A DNA stretch of 64,000 nucleotides from Tolypothrix carrinoi HA7290-LM1. Its GTDB lineage: Bacteria > Cyanobacteriota > Cyanobacteriia > Cyanobacteriales > Nostocaceae. Of the stretch, positions 19,531 through 29,689 are shown in pieces. The stretch is from contig JAHHIK010000020.1 in NCBI GenBank assembly GCA_019358935.1, positions 26,806-90,805 of the forward strand, written 5' to 3'. Under the pieces are notes generated by a model that searched no databases, was not told the origin of the DNA, and worked only from the letters and a program-made list of their open reading frames with translations. Numbering within the stretch: position 1 is the first letter of the stretch; each line of letters starts with the position of its first letter. The position numbers and the translations under genes are program-made.

Positions 19531-20934
19531 TTATGTCGCAAATGCTGGAGGATGCGAAATCCCAGGTTGCGCTGCTTCCAGTTGTGCCGCAAGGCTGATG
19601 AGAGTAGCTTCAGCCGCAGGTTTGCCGATTAACTGAACGCTCATAGGTAAACCGTTATCGTCAAAACCAACCGGAATGGCGATCGCTGGTTGTCCAGTAG
19701 CATTCGCGGGTGGACAAGGTGCAATCCAGTGTATAATTCTTTGGAATGTCTCTTCTGCACTCAAATTTGCCCATTCCCCAACGCGGATGGGTGAATGCAG
19801 ATAAACTGGCAATACCAACACATCCACAGTGTCAAAAAACGCCACGATTTGCCGCGACACCATCTGCATTTGAAAAACTGCTCGCAGATATTCACCAGCC
19901 GAACCGGTTCGCGCTAATAAAAAGCGATTCACGGGTTGCAAAACTTCACCCGGAATTCCGGACGCAGCCACGCTAGATTGCCAGACAACTTGAAATGGTT
20001 CAACTAAACCGCTAAAATCCGGGCATTGTTCTTCAACTGTATGACCGAGTTCTTCTAATAACTTAACTGTTTGCATCACAGCTTGCTGACACACTGCGTC
20101 AGCTTTTCCTAAGGGAGGAATGCTAGTCCCAAAGGCAATTCGCAAAGCACCGATTTTTTCCTTACTTGCAGTGAGAAATGATGGTTTGGGATCGGGCAAC
20201 CAGTAAGGATCGCCGGTGACATAGCCAGACATCACATCCAAAAGAGCGGCTGCATCAGCTACATTACGGGCTATCGGACCATTGGTGGCAATTCCACTGA
20301 GGCGATCGCCTGCTGGTGCATGAGACACTCTACCACGGGAAGGCTTGATGCCCACTAAACCACAACAAGCCGCAGGACCGCGAATCGATCCACCACCATC
20401 GGAACCTTGAGCGATCGCAGACAATCCCGCTGCTAATGCTGCCGCTGCCCCCCCACTTGAACCACCGGGAGTATATTCCAAATTCCACGGATTTATCGTC
20501 GCGGGAAAACCCGTAGGCTCTGTGTAAGGAAATGAACCAAGTTCGGAAGTTGCAGTTTTGCCCAAAAGAACAAACCCAGCCGAGCGTATCCGCGTCACTG
20601 TGCCATCATCGTACTCAGCTATCTGATTCAACAACGCCGGATTCCCGTAGGTACAAGCGACACCAGCCACCGGGTTAAGGTCTTTAATCGAAATCGGCAC
20701 CCCAAAAAATGGCGGTAGGGATGAATCCCCACCCCCAGACAACATTTCTGTTTTGGCTTTAGCATCGGCTAAAGCACTCTCTGCCATTACCGTAAAATAA
20801 CTTCCTAATTGGGGATCTAAGCGCTGAATTCGTTCTAGATATAATTCCACCAACTCCAACGGTGACACTTGACGCTGACGAATTAATTCTGCCTGCTGCA
20901 ATGCTGGGCTAAAAGCTAAATCAATTTGATTCAT
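19531..20934 (-). CDS. Amidase (amidase-signature family)
   Basis: GVPISIKD, GGSSGGAAAA, GSDGGGSIRGPA. Confidence 0.93.
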   Translation of the reverse strand: MNQIDLAFSPALQQAELIRQRQVSPLELVELYLERIQRLDPQLGSYFTVMAESALADAKAKTEMLSGGGDSSLPPFFGVPISIKDLNPVAGVACTYGNPALLNQIAEYDDGTVTRIRSAGFVLLGKTATSELGSFPYTEPTGFPATINPWNLEYTPGGSSGGAAAALAAGLSAIAQGSDGGGSIRGPAACCGLVGIKPSRGRVSHAPAGDRLSGIATNGPIARNVADAAALLDVMSGYVTGDPYWLPDPKPSFLTASKEKIGALRIAFGTSIPPLGKADAVCQQAVMQTVKLLEELGHTVEEQCPDFSGLVEPFQVVWQSSVAASGIPGEVLQPVNRFLLARTGSAGEYLRAVFQMQMVSRQIVAFFDTVDVLVLPVYLHSPIRVGEWANLSAEETFQRIIHWIAPCPPANATGQPAIAIPVGFDDNGLPMSVQLIGKPAAEATLISLAAQLEAAQPGISHPPAFAT

Positions 20935-21169
20935 GCGTTAGTTAAAAGGTAGTTTTATCTATTCGTACCATTTTATCTGCAATTTTCACGCTTGAATTGT
21001 TATTTTCGCCTAATTCTTGGGAACTTTAAATCTATAGCTAAGATTTGCAACTTAAACATTCTTTAAGAGTTAGGCAGCAAACTTTGACTATTAATGTAGC
21101 TACAACCTCGCTTAGTAGCTGACAATTTTGTTTTTCTTCATATTTAGGTCATCTACTTTCAGAAAATTT

Positions 21170-22693
21170 ATGGCTGATTTCAAAGAACTTATTAATGAAC
21201 TTCCCAACCTTGCTGATAGCCTGAAATTGAATGTTGGCGATGCTAATGAAATCAGCCAGCAAATCGTACACATAGGTAATGTTCAAGATAAATTACGGAA
21301 AATTCAAGAGGATATTGAAGCCGAATTAGGTAGGGAAACATTTAAGAAGAAAGCAATGGGTGTGCTACCTTTTTTAGGCACAGTAGTAGCAAGCGTTTTT
21401 ATTCCTGGCGGTTTTTTAGTAGATGCTGCAATTACAGCAGGTGCAGGATTTATTGCCGAAAAATTTGGCAATTCCGAAACAGAATTAATCTTAAATGATT
21501 TACAAGTAAAAATTGAAGACTTGATTGACTGGGGTGAGTGGCTCAAGGATACAGCAGAAGATATTTTAAGCGATTCTGAAGTGATTAATCAAATAATTTA
21601 TCAACATAAAAAATTCAGCTTACCTACTCAATTCCAAAGAGTTGATGAAAGCTTAATGATTAACTTAGCTTTTGGTGAACCTAAAGTTTTACAGCAGCAA
21701 ATTCGGCAAATCATCGAAGCTCAGGAGGATTTATTGCAAGTAAAGCAGAGATTGAATGAAGTTATCAACTATATTGAAAATGGTGAAGATATATTAAAAA
21801 TCTTACTAGGTTTTTCAGCTTTTTTTGGTAAATCTGGTTTCGTTTTAGAATGGCTTGATGATGAACATGGATTAATTATATCTAGCAATAGTCAACTTCA
21901 AGCCGTAGCAGATGTTATCGATGAGTGTGTCTCTTTAAAAGAAAAAACTAGTGCTTTAATTTTACATGGTAATACTTTTAGAGGACAAGCAGAACAAGCG
22001 CTGAAAAATCTGGAAAGCCAAAATAAGAAAGTAGAAGCAAAAAAAACTCAAACGATAATAGCACCGCAGACGTTAGAACAAAGACCAAAAAAATCAGCTA
22101 ATATAAAACAGTCTATTTTGGTCATCGGTTCAAGTTTAGCAATCTTCGGTTTTGGTGGTTGGATGTGCCGGGACAATTTTCCGCAAGTTCAGCTTCAAAG
22201 CCTCAGTTTCAACCAGGAAGGAAATGTTGTAACAAATCTTCAATCTGCTCAAAAACTTGGCATGGAAGCTGCTGTTATGGTTCAAAATCCACCTCATCCA
22301 ATAGAAGTTTGGCAGCAAGCACAATATAAATGGCAGCAAGCGATAAACTTGTTAGAAAGTATTCCTGAAGGGACATCAGTTTCTGCTCAAGCTCATAAGC
22401 AACTGCTTAACTATCGTGTTAACCATCATGCTATCAGTCAAAGACTTATGACTGAAAGTAAAGCAGCAGCAAACTTGGAATCTGCCCAAAAATTGGCAAT
22501 GGAAGCTGCTGTTATGGTTCAAAATCCACCACATCAAGAAGAAGTTTGGCAGCAAGCATTCTTCAAATGGCAGCAGGCAATCAATATATTAGAAGCTATT
22601 CCATCAGGTACATTTGCCTCTCAAAAAGCTAAAGAAAAGCTTTCTATTTATAAAATTAATTATGCTGCGATCGCTACAAGACTCAAATATTAA
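21170..22693 (+). CDS. Hypothetical membrane-anchored coiled-coil protein with two C-terminal helical repeats
   Basis: Gly/Ala-rich hydrophobic segment near the N-terminus, TM helix ILVIGSSLAIFGFGGW, duplicated AQKLxMEAAVMVQNPPHxxEVWQQA..KWQQAIN.LE.IP.GT. Confidence 0.7.
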   Translation: MADFKELINELPNLADSLKLNVGDANEISQQIVHIGNVQDKLRKIQEDIEAELGRETFKKKAMGVLPFLGTVVASVFIPGGFLVDAAITAGAGFIAEKFGNSETELILNDLQVKIEDLIDWGEWLKDTAEDILSDSEVINQIIYQHKKFSLPTQFQRVDESLMINLAFGEPKVLQQQIRQIIEAQEDLLQVKQRLNEVINYIENGEDILKILLGFSAFFGKSGFVLEWLDDEHGLIISSNSQLQAVADVIDECVSLKEKTSALILHGNTFRGQAEQALKNLESQNKKVEAKKTQTIIAPQTLEQRPKKSANIKQSILVIGSSLAIFGFGGWMCRDNFPQVQLQSLSFNQEGNVVTNLQSAQKLGMEAAVMVQNPPHPIEVWQQAQYKWQQAINLLESIPEGTSVSAQAHKQLLNYRVNHHAISQRLMTESKAAANLESAQKLAMEAAVMVQNPPHQEEVWQQAFFKWQQAINILEAIPSGTFASQKAKEKLSIYKINYAAIATRLKY

Positions 22694-22802
22694 AAGGCAG
22701 ATTATCAGCTATTTCAACTCTCCCCAAACGAATTTCTGTTTTTTCCATTGTTTGAATACCGCAGGCATTTTAAACAATTATAAAATACAAAAAAAAGGGA
22801 TA

Positions 22803-22912
22803 ATGATTATGACCGCTACTAAAAACCGTTTGTGGACAGTAGAGGAATATCATCAGCACCTTTAGCTTTTCCGGAAATTGAAATGCCTTTTTCGGAATTA
22901 TTTCTTTCTTAA
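22803..22912 (+). pseudogene. Uma2-family endonuclease remnant with a large internal deletion
   Basis: Typical N-terminus (MTATKNRLWTVEEYH) joined out of frame to a typical C-terminus (APLAFPEIEMPFSELFLS*). Confidence 0.7.
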
Positions 22913-23128
22913 GTACAGCATGAGCGTAAAAACGAGCGCGTTTTTAAACGCAGAGGGACGCAGAGTAAGCGCAAAGTAACGCAGAGTTTTTTTGAATTTA
23001 ATTCGTTACGAATTTGTGCAATGTTGTATTAAATTTATTGAATAAAAAAAGCGATGTTTGAGATAAATCGTAGTCAGGACTTTAGTCCTCATAGAAATGA
23101 AATAAGGACTAAAGTTTTTACTACAAAG

Positions 23129-23956
23129 TTAAACTAGAGAACGGTCTGTCAAAATCTCATAGCCAGTATCCGTCACTAACACGGTATGCTCAAACTGAGC
23201 CGACAAAGAATTATCCACCGTTACAGCAGTCCAGCGGTCAGATAAAGTCCGCGTCACCTTAGAACCCGCATTCAAAATTGGCTCAATAGCCAGCGTCATT
23301 CCTGCACGCAGCTTGACATTTGGCATTTCCCGCGTGCGGAAGTTGAAAACTGAAGGTTCTTCGTGCAAGTTGCGACCAACACCGTGTCCGGTGAAATCTT
23401 CTACTACACTAAAGCCATTAGCTTTCACATGGTCTTCAATTGCTCCAGCAATATCTATAAGGTAATTCCCGGCTTTAACTTGTTCAATGCCTTTGAAAAG
23501 CGATTCTTCAGCTATGCGAATCAGTTTCGCAGCTTGTGGGGTGACATCTCCCACGGCAATAGTAATGCAGGAGTCACCATGAAAACCTTGATAAAAAGCA
23601 CCTGTATCTACTTTTAAAACATCCCCCAAACGGATGACTTTTTTCGGACTGGGGATACCGTGTACAACTTCATTATTAATGCTGGAGCAGATAGAACCAG
23701 GAAAACCGTGATATCCTTTAAAGCTTGGTGTTGCACCCATTTCTCGGATGCGTTTTTCCGCATGAGCATCTAAGTCAGCAGTAGTCATTCCTGGCTGTAC
23801 CAACTGAGAAATTTCTTTCAAAACGGTAGCGACAATTTTTGCAGATTGCCGCATAATTTCAATTTCACGCGACGATTTAATTTCAATTCCTCGGCGTTGT
23901 CGTTTGGAAACATTAGGCTGAGTTGATTGAGAAAGCAGGTTACTGAAAATGTTCAT
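23129..23956 (-). CDS. map: Type I methionine aminopeptidase
   Basis: [36 protein letters not shown]. Confidence 0.96.
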   Translation of the reverse strand: MNIFSNLLSQSTQPNVSKRQRRGIEIKSSREIEIMRQSAKIVATVLKEISQLVQPGMTTADLDAHAEKRIREMGATPSFKGYHGFPGSICSSINNEVVHGIPSPKKVIRLGDVLKVDTGAFYQGFHGDSCITIAVGDVTPQAAKLIRIAEESLFKGIEQVKAGNYLIDIAGAIEDHVKANGFSVVEDFTGHGVGRNLHEEPSVFNFRTREMPNVKLRAGMTLAIEPILNAGSKVTRTLSDRWTAVTVDNSLSAQFEHTVLVTDTGYEILTDRSLV

Positions 23957-24060
23957 GGGATATTAATAATTATTTGCGCCTTGCCGCTTAAGAGTCAATG
24001 ATTTTTTTAGATTAGTTGAGAAACAATATCTATATTTAAGTTAGCTTATTTGGTTGTTAG

Positions 24061-24240
24061 TGGGCATTGGGTAATGGGTAATCGGTAATGGGTAATGGGT
24101 AAGAAAGAAGAAATATCTCTCAAGAAAAGCGATAAGATTGCTCAAGAAAGCTTAAGAAAGCTTCCCCCTTGTCCTCCTTGTCCCCCCTGTCCTCCTTGTC
24201 CCCCTTGTCCCCTTGTCCCCCTGTCCCCCTTGTCCCCTCT
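24061..24240. repeat. STRR arrays (GGTAATG heptamers, CCCCTTGTC nonamers)
   Basis: Visible tandem repeats between map and the M16 peptidase; similar arrays near 27655, 29090, 32537, 48086, 51470, 52710, 57295, 60260 and 62460. Confidence 0.85.
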
Positions 24241-27069
24241 TCAAATGCCTTGTGCTAAGACAGCCGGACCTGCTGTGACTACTACAATTTTATCTGGATG
24301 AAGTAACTCACGAGCAGCAAGATTTACTTGGGCAAGATTGACTGTCTGGATTTTTTGGGTAAAAGAACGTAATTCCATTTCATCCAGTCCATACACTTCG
24401 TTCATGAGAATTTTTTTAGTTAATTCCTGTGGGTTTGCAAGAGTTACGGTGTAGTTGCTGATTAAGGTGCGTTTGGCTGTCTCTACTTCTTGGGTGCTGA
24501 CACCATGAGTATGCAGTTGTTGTAGCAGATTGCGGGTGCTAGCGATCGCTTTACTTGCATCTTCTGGGCTAGTTTGCATTTCTATCAAAAATGTGCCTAT
24601 ATTTTTCCCAGCTTGGAAGTAGCTATAAATTCCATAAGTCAGACCTAGGCGATCGCGTACTTCTGCACCCAGTCTACTCGAAAGTGTATCACCACCCAAA
24701 ATCTGATTTAATATTAAAGCCGCATAAAATCGCGGATCTTGACGGTTTATACTTATGTAACCCATATAAGTAATCGCTTGCGCTTTACCAGGCAGCACTG
24801 AATTGACACGGACTACTTTTTCTGGTATAGATACAGCCGGATATTTTAATTTTGGTGGTTTACCGCTAACTTGCCAATCACTAAACTCGGTTTGAAGAAG
24901 CGATCGCACTATCAATGGTTCAAAATCTCCCACCAACACTAACACTGTTGTATCTGGACGATAATGTTTTGCTTTGAAATTAAGCACATCTTCACGGCTA
25001 ATTTTTCGCAAACTCTTTTCGGTGGGAAAGGTGTGTGAAGGATGATTTTTCGGATAAATAGATTGTACAAATGTTCTTTCTGCTACTTCCGATGCATCAT
25101 CTAATTCCAGTTCCAAAGCATTCAAAGCTTGTTGGCGAGTCAATTCCAACTCTTTTTGCGGAAAAGTCGCATTTTTTACTTTATCAGCTAAAGTCTCAAT
25201 CAAAACAGGCAAATCTGCGGCTAAACTATTACCTTGAATTCGCACACCTTCGCGATACGTTTCCAAATCCAGATTTGCTCCGCGTTCTTCCAAAGCTTGG
25301 GCAAGAGTTAAAACATCCTTGCTTTTTGTACCATTCATCAAGTTGTCTGCTACAAGAGATGCCAATCCTGCTTTATCCTCTGGATCAAATTCTGCCCCAG
25401 CTTTGAGATAACCACTCAACGTTACCGTGGGAGTACTTTTATCCGGCAGCAGCAATACCCGCAAACCGTTGCAAAATGTAAATTTTTGTGGTAATGCCAG
25501 CGTTGCCTTTTCTAAGGAGGTTTTCTCCACAGATGGTAAATATTTCATCACCTCAACCGAGGCTACAGGTGCTAAGGAAGTAAAATTTTCTGTAGTTTGT
25601 ACAGAATTTGCTTTGCTGCCATTTCCTTTAACCTGCTTCTGAGTCGGTTCAAAAAAGCCCACCGTGCGTGCTTCTTGTTGGAGATATTTATTTACCACAC
25701 GCCTAATATCCGCCTCAGTGACTTTGCGAACCGCTTCTAAATAGCGTTCTGTGTAGAGATAATCACCAGTAGTTAGCTCATCGTTAGCCAGTTGCATCGC
25801 TTGATTGGTGATATCACGGTTACTCAAAATTACAGAAGCTTCTAACTGCGTCTTGGCTCGTTTCACTTCTTTTGAAGTCACCCCAAAAGCCAGCTTACTG
25901 ATTTCACTATTTAGTACTGAGTCAATTTTCCGCAAATCTTGATGAGGTGCTGCTGTCACCGATATCTTATACCAGCCAGACCAAAGCAAGCTAGTAACAG
26001 AAGCAGTAACATCATTAGCCAAACCTGATTCTACTAATGCCTGATAAAACCGAGAATTCCGTTTTTCTGTCAAGATGTAATCCATCACTGACAACGCTGG
26101 CACATCCGGATGATTCACCTGTGGCAGTGGGTAGACTGCTTGTAACAACCCTGCCGATCCCGGTTCTCGCAAGACGATAGAAGAGTTAGGTAGAGACGTT
26201 CCACTGGAACGTCTGTACGAAAGTGAAGAGTTAGGTAGAGACGTTCCACTGGAACGTCTGTACGGTATTTTCCCAAATATTTCTTGTACTGCTTTGAGGG
26301 TTTTTGCGGTGTCAAAATCGCCGACAATCACCAAAACAGCGTTGTTGGGAGTGTAGAAGTTACGGTAATACTTACGTACTTGCTCAACTTGAAATTTCTC
26401 GACATCGGCTTTGGTACCACCCACAGGCAATCCGTAAGGACTCTGGGGAAATGCTGCTTGCATTACGGCGCGGTTTAGGCGGTAATCAGGACTATTTTCG
26501 TAACCTTGCAACTCGGAAATTACTACTTGTTTTTCACTCGATAATTGTTCGGCATCAATCAGAGAGTTTTGCATTCTATCTGCTTCCAGCACTAAAAGAG
26601 CTTTGAGCTTTTCTCGTTCTAAAGTTCCATAATATGCTGTTTGATCGTAGCTAGTGAAGGCGTTCGAGTCGCTACCCAAAGCACTAAACAATCGTCCAAA
26701 TTGAATTGGACGGTTGCGAGTGCCTTTAAACATCATGTGTTCTAACTGATGGGCAATGCCATTCACTCCTGGTTCTTCATTGCGCGAGCCGACTTTATAC
26801 CACACTTGCACAGTTACAACTGGCGCAGTATGCACTTCTTTTGTGAGGACAGTCAGACCATTTTCCAGCACCGTTTTGTTAACGTTTTCTGTCACTGTTC
26901 GGGATGTTGGCTTTTTTGCTATAAGTATTTTCTGGGTACTTACCTGGTTGTAAGCAACCATAAGCTTGCTATCAGCAGGTTTATGACTGAGAAACAACAC
27001 CGCAATCAGCCAGACGCTCAACATTAATAACAAATAACGATACTTACGTAGCGTGGAAAATACTGGCAT
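24241..27069 (-). CDS. M16 (pitrilysin-like) zinc peptidase
   Basis: GIAHQLEHMMFKGT inverted HxxEH motif, NAFTSYD, SSRLGAEVRDRLGLTY; N-terminal hydrophobic anchor. Confidence 0.93.
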   Translation of the reverse strand: MPVFSTLRKYRYLLLMLSVWLIAVLFLSHKPADSKLMVAYNQVSTQKILIAKKPTSRTVTENVNKTVLENGLTVLTKEVHTAPVVTVQVWYKVGSRNEEPGVNGIAHQLEHMMFKGTRNRPIQFGRLFSALGSDSNAFTSYDQTAYYGTLEREKLKALLVLEADRMQNSLIDAEQLSSEKQVVISELQGYENSPDYRLNRAVMQAAFPQSPYGLPVGGTKADVEKFQVEQVRKYYRNFYTPNNAVLVIVGDFDTAKTLKAVQEIFGKIPYRRSSGTSLPNSSLSYRRSSGTSLPNSSIVLREPGSAGLLQAVYPLPQVNHPDVPALSVMDYILTEKRNSRFYQALVESGLANDVTASVTSLLWSGWYKISVTAAPHQDLRKIDSVLNSEISKLAFGVTSKEVKRAKTQLEASVILSNRDITNQAMQLANDELTTGDYLYTERYLEAVRKVTEADIRRVVNKYLQQEARTVGFFEPTQKQVKGNGSKANSVQTTENFTSLAPVASVEVMKYLPSVEKTSLEKATLALPQKFTFCNGLRVLLLPDKSTPTVTLSGYLKAGAEFDPEDKAGLASLVADNLMNGTKSKDVLTLAQALEERGANLDLETYREGVRIQGNSLAADLPVLIETLADKVKNATFPQKELELTRQQALNALELELDDASEVAERTFVQSIYPKNHPSHTFPTEKSLRKISREDVLNFKAKHYRPDTTVLVLVGDFEPLIVRSLLQTEFSDWQVSGKPPKLKYPAVSIPEKVVRVNSVLPGKAQAITYMGYISINRQDPRFYAALILNQILGGDTLSSRLGAEVRDRLGLTYGIYSYFQAGKNIGTFLIEMQTSPEDASKAIASTRNLLQQLHTHGVSTQEVETAKRTLISNYTVTLANPQELTKKILMNEVYGLDEMELRSFTQKIQTVNLAQVNLAARELLHPDKIVVVTAGPAVLAQGI

Positions 27070-27206
27070 TAATTTTGTAAACTTTCTCTGTAAATACTAT
27101 TACAAATTTTTTTGTAATCATAATAGTTTAATCTTTTTCTATAAGTTATTGCGTAGGCAACACTACAGAGAAAGATTATTTTAGAGTTAATGGAAAGTAG
27201 AGGCTA

Positions 27207-27653
27207 CTATTCGCCGATTTCTGATAAAATCCGTATAAATTCGAGGGGTAATCCGTCAGCATCGGCAATAAAAGCAACTTCGTAAATACGCGATCCTATT
27301 TGCTGCTGTGTTGGTTCTAAAAGCACTACCAACGGTTGCGATTGTTCGCTTTGAGATTGTGAGGCGATCGCCATACGTTCTTTGAGATTTGTTAACCAAC
27401 TAGGTAAATCTGTGGTTATTTGTGTTAAATCAAATGACAGATGATAATACCCCACATAATGTTCATCTGCGAATGCATCCGGGGCTTTTTTTGGTTCGGG
27501 AATTTGGATGAGCTCTATTCTGCCGCCTAATCCTTCCATCCAGCAAGCCAGAGTATAGCCTGTAGTGAAGCGTTCTGTGACTGTAAACCCCAAGTGTTCG
27601 TAAAAGGCGATCGCTCGATGAATATTCGCGGTACGAATAGAAGCGTGGTGCAT
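27207..27653 (-). CDS. VOC/glyoxalase family protein
   Basis: MHHASIRT...AIAFYEHLGF, GYYHLSF, FIADADGLPLEF. Confidence 0.88.
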   Translation of the reverse strand: MHHASIRTANIHRAIAFYEHLGFTVTERFTTGYTLACWMEGLGGRIELIQIPEPKKAPDAFADEHYVGYYHLSFDLTQITTDLPSWLTNLKERMAIASQSQSEQSQPLVVLLEPTQQQIGSRIYEVAFIADADGLPLEFIRILSEIGE

Positions 27654-27795
27654 AGGATTTTGGATTTTGGATTTTGGATTTTGGATTTTGCGAAAAGTTT
27701 GAGCGCCGATGTCCGGCGATCAAAGCTTTTCAAGACGGATGCGTGGATTTGCCTTCAATCCAAAATCGCAAATCTAAAATCTAAAATCGCCAAAC

Positions 27796-28308
27796 TTACT
27801 CAAACAACCGAAAATAAGGATAGCGTACAGGCACACCCGGCTCTTTTTCTAAATCAAAATTTATCACTTCCCAGCAGCCTTCTTCTGCGGAATCCGGGCT
27901 AAACTCTACTGGTAAGCCGTAAAGCCGCGCAGATGTTGTCTCTGCTTGACCAGAACGCCAAGGTGTGCTGCGTTCCAAATAGCCACTCATCAATTCTTGA
28001 TACCGTTTGGCAATAATCACTTTTGTTGCTCGGTATCCTTGAGTATACAGCTTGTCTAGCGCTTCGTGAATTTCAAAGCGAATGCCATCGGGATGCGTAT
28101 GTTGCCGATACCATTCATTATTCCATCTTCGCCAATGACGCCCGGACTGAAGATGAATCAATTCACCATCTTTCGGATTCGCTTCAAAAGCGCCATGCCG
28201 AGGACATAGATATGTGTCAGTTAGTGTCAGTGCCGGAATTGTTTGACGGCAGTGGGGACACTGGATTTCTGGACCAAATATTGGGTACTGCAAGCCTGGA
28301 TTCATCAT
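27796..28308 (-). CDS. Conserved cyanobacterial protein (TIGR02652-like)
   Basis: YPIFGPEIQCPHCRQTIPALTLTDTYLCPRHGAFE zinc-finger-like N-terminus. Confidence 0.8.
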   Translation of the reverse strand: MMNPGLQYPIFGPEIQCPHCRQTIPALTLTDTYLCPRHGAFEANPKDGELIHLQSGRHWRRWNNEWYRQHTHPDGIRFEIHEALDKLYTQGYRATKVIIAKRYQELMSGYLERSTPWRSGQAETTSARLYGLPVEFSPDSAEEGCWEVINFDLEKEPGVPVRYPYFRLFE

Positions 28309-28546
28309 GAAGTGCGTACAAACATACTTTTGTTTTCACCCGCAAAATTGGTTTTAGTTTACACTTCTACTCCGCCTCCTTGGGCTAATTAGTTATTGTT
28401 GCACAGAGATTTCGTTGCGCTGTCGGTTTCCACAAAGCGTATCCTCTGAACATCAAGGCTTAACACCGTGATATCCTGTTGAATGCAACCAACTTCCAAG
28501 GTTGGAGTTTTTCCAGTGTTCCTGGGTACCATATTCATATTCTATC

Positions 28547-29080
28547 GTGTCTACCGCTTCTTACTGGTCTTCTCCTGATATTTCTCAAGCTGCCTTCGTT
28601 GCAGCTAATGCTGTGGTTATGGGTTCGGTAAACATAGCCGCTGGAGCGAGCATTTGGTATCAAGCTGTAGTTAGGGGAGATGTGGAAAGCATTGAAATTG
28701 GCGAATGCACCAATATTCAGGATGGAGCAATTCTACACGGCGATCCGGGCTTTCCGACAATTTTAGAAGATTATGTCACCGTAGGGCATCGTGCTGTGAT
28801 ACATTCTGCTTACATTGAACGTGGCTGCTTAATTGGAATTGGCGCAATTATTTTAAACAATGTGCGGGTAGGCGCTGGTAGCATTATTGGTGCTGGTGCA
28901 GTCGTAACGAAAAATGTACCTCCTTTATCTTTGATAACTGGCATTCCGGGGAAAGTGTTGCGCCAAGTCACCCACGACGAAGCCAGAGAACTTATCGAAC
29001 ACGCTCAACGTTACCAAAAGTTAGCTTTGGTTCATGCTGGGAAAGGCACTGATATTGGTTTTACAAAGGGTGGGGAATAG
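28547..29080 (+). CDS. Gamma carbonic anhydrase family (hexapeptide repeat) protein
   Basis: VVRGDV, TNIQDGAILH, VTVGHRAVIH; GTG start at 28547. Confidence 0.9.
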   Translation: MSTASYWSSPDISQAAFVAANAVVMGSVNIAAGASIWYQAVVRGDVESIEIGECTNIQDGAILHGDPGFPTILEDYVTVGHRAVIHSAYIERGCLIGIGAIILNNVRVGAGSIIGAGAVVTKNVPPLSLITGIPGKVLRQVTHDEARELIEHAQRYQKLALVHAGKGTDIGFTKGGE

Positions 29081-29331
29081 GGCATCGGGCATTGAGAGAT
29101 GGGGAGAGGGGGGGATGGGGAGATGGGGAGAAAGAATTGTCCCCTTGTCTCCCTTGTCTCCCTTGTCTCCCTTGTCTCCCTTGTCCCCTTGTCCCCATTA
29201 CCCCATGCCCTAATAATAAATTTGTAAACATTCTTTACAAATGGGTCTGGAAAAATTTCCCACTTCGGCTAACAATAAAAATGAGAAGAGTTGACAAAAC
29301 TTTAATTTCTACTTAACAGAGGGTTCTAAAT

Positions 29332-29457
29332 ATGGACATCGATATGCGTGTTGCGATCGTTTTAGCACCAATTGCCATTGCTGCTGGTTGGGCAGTATTC
29401 AACATCGGTGCTGCTGCTTTAAGACAAGTTCAAGGCTTTTTAGATAGAGAAGCTTAA
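29332..29457 (+). CDS. psbY: Photosystem II protein Y
   Basis: Not in the ORF track. Manual translation [41 protein letters not shown]. Confidence 0.93.
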   Translation: MDIDMRVAIVLAPIAIAAGWAVFNIGAAALRQVQGFLDREA

Positions 29458-29519
29458 ACTCGACGTGGTTGTTAGTGGTTAGTAGTTAGTAGTTATTTGT
29501 TACAACTAACCCAACGGGA

Positions 29520-29654
29520 GAGCCAGTTGCTTCAAGTCGGCAGAGCCGACGGCAGATGCTTCAAGCCGGGAAACCCTTGCGGCAGTCGCTCATGGGGGGA
29601 ACCCCCAAGACCGCGCTGCCTTACCAACGCACTGCCTCCCCAACGCACTGGCTC
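29520..29654. repeat. Three nested small dispersed repeats
   Basis: Outer GAGCCAGT...ACTGGCTC, middle GGCAGATGC...GCACTGCC, inner GGCAGTCGC...GCGCTGCC. Confidence 0.7.
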
Positions 29655-29689
29655 ACCACTAACCACTAACCAATAACGACTAACTATTT

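Noticed and set aside
24095..24301. ORFs with PPCPPC, GQGGQG, PLSPLS or NYQLPIT repeats (also 29092, 30244, 32534, 39002-39404, 48093, 57232-57518, 60242, 62331-62739)
   Set aside because: Translations of STRR arrays, not genes.
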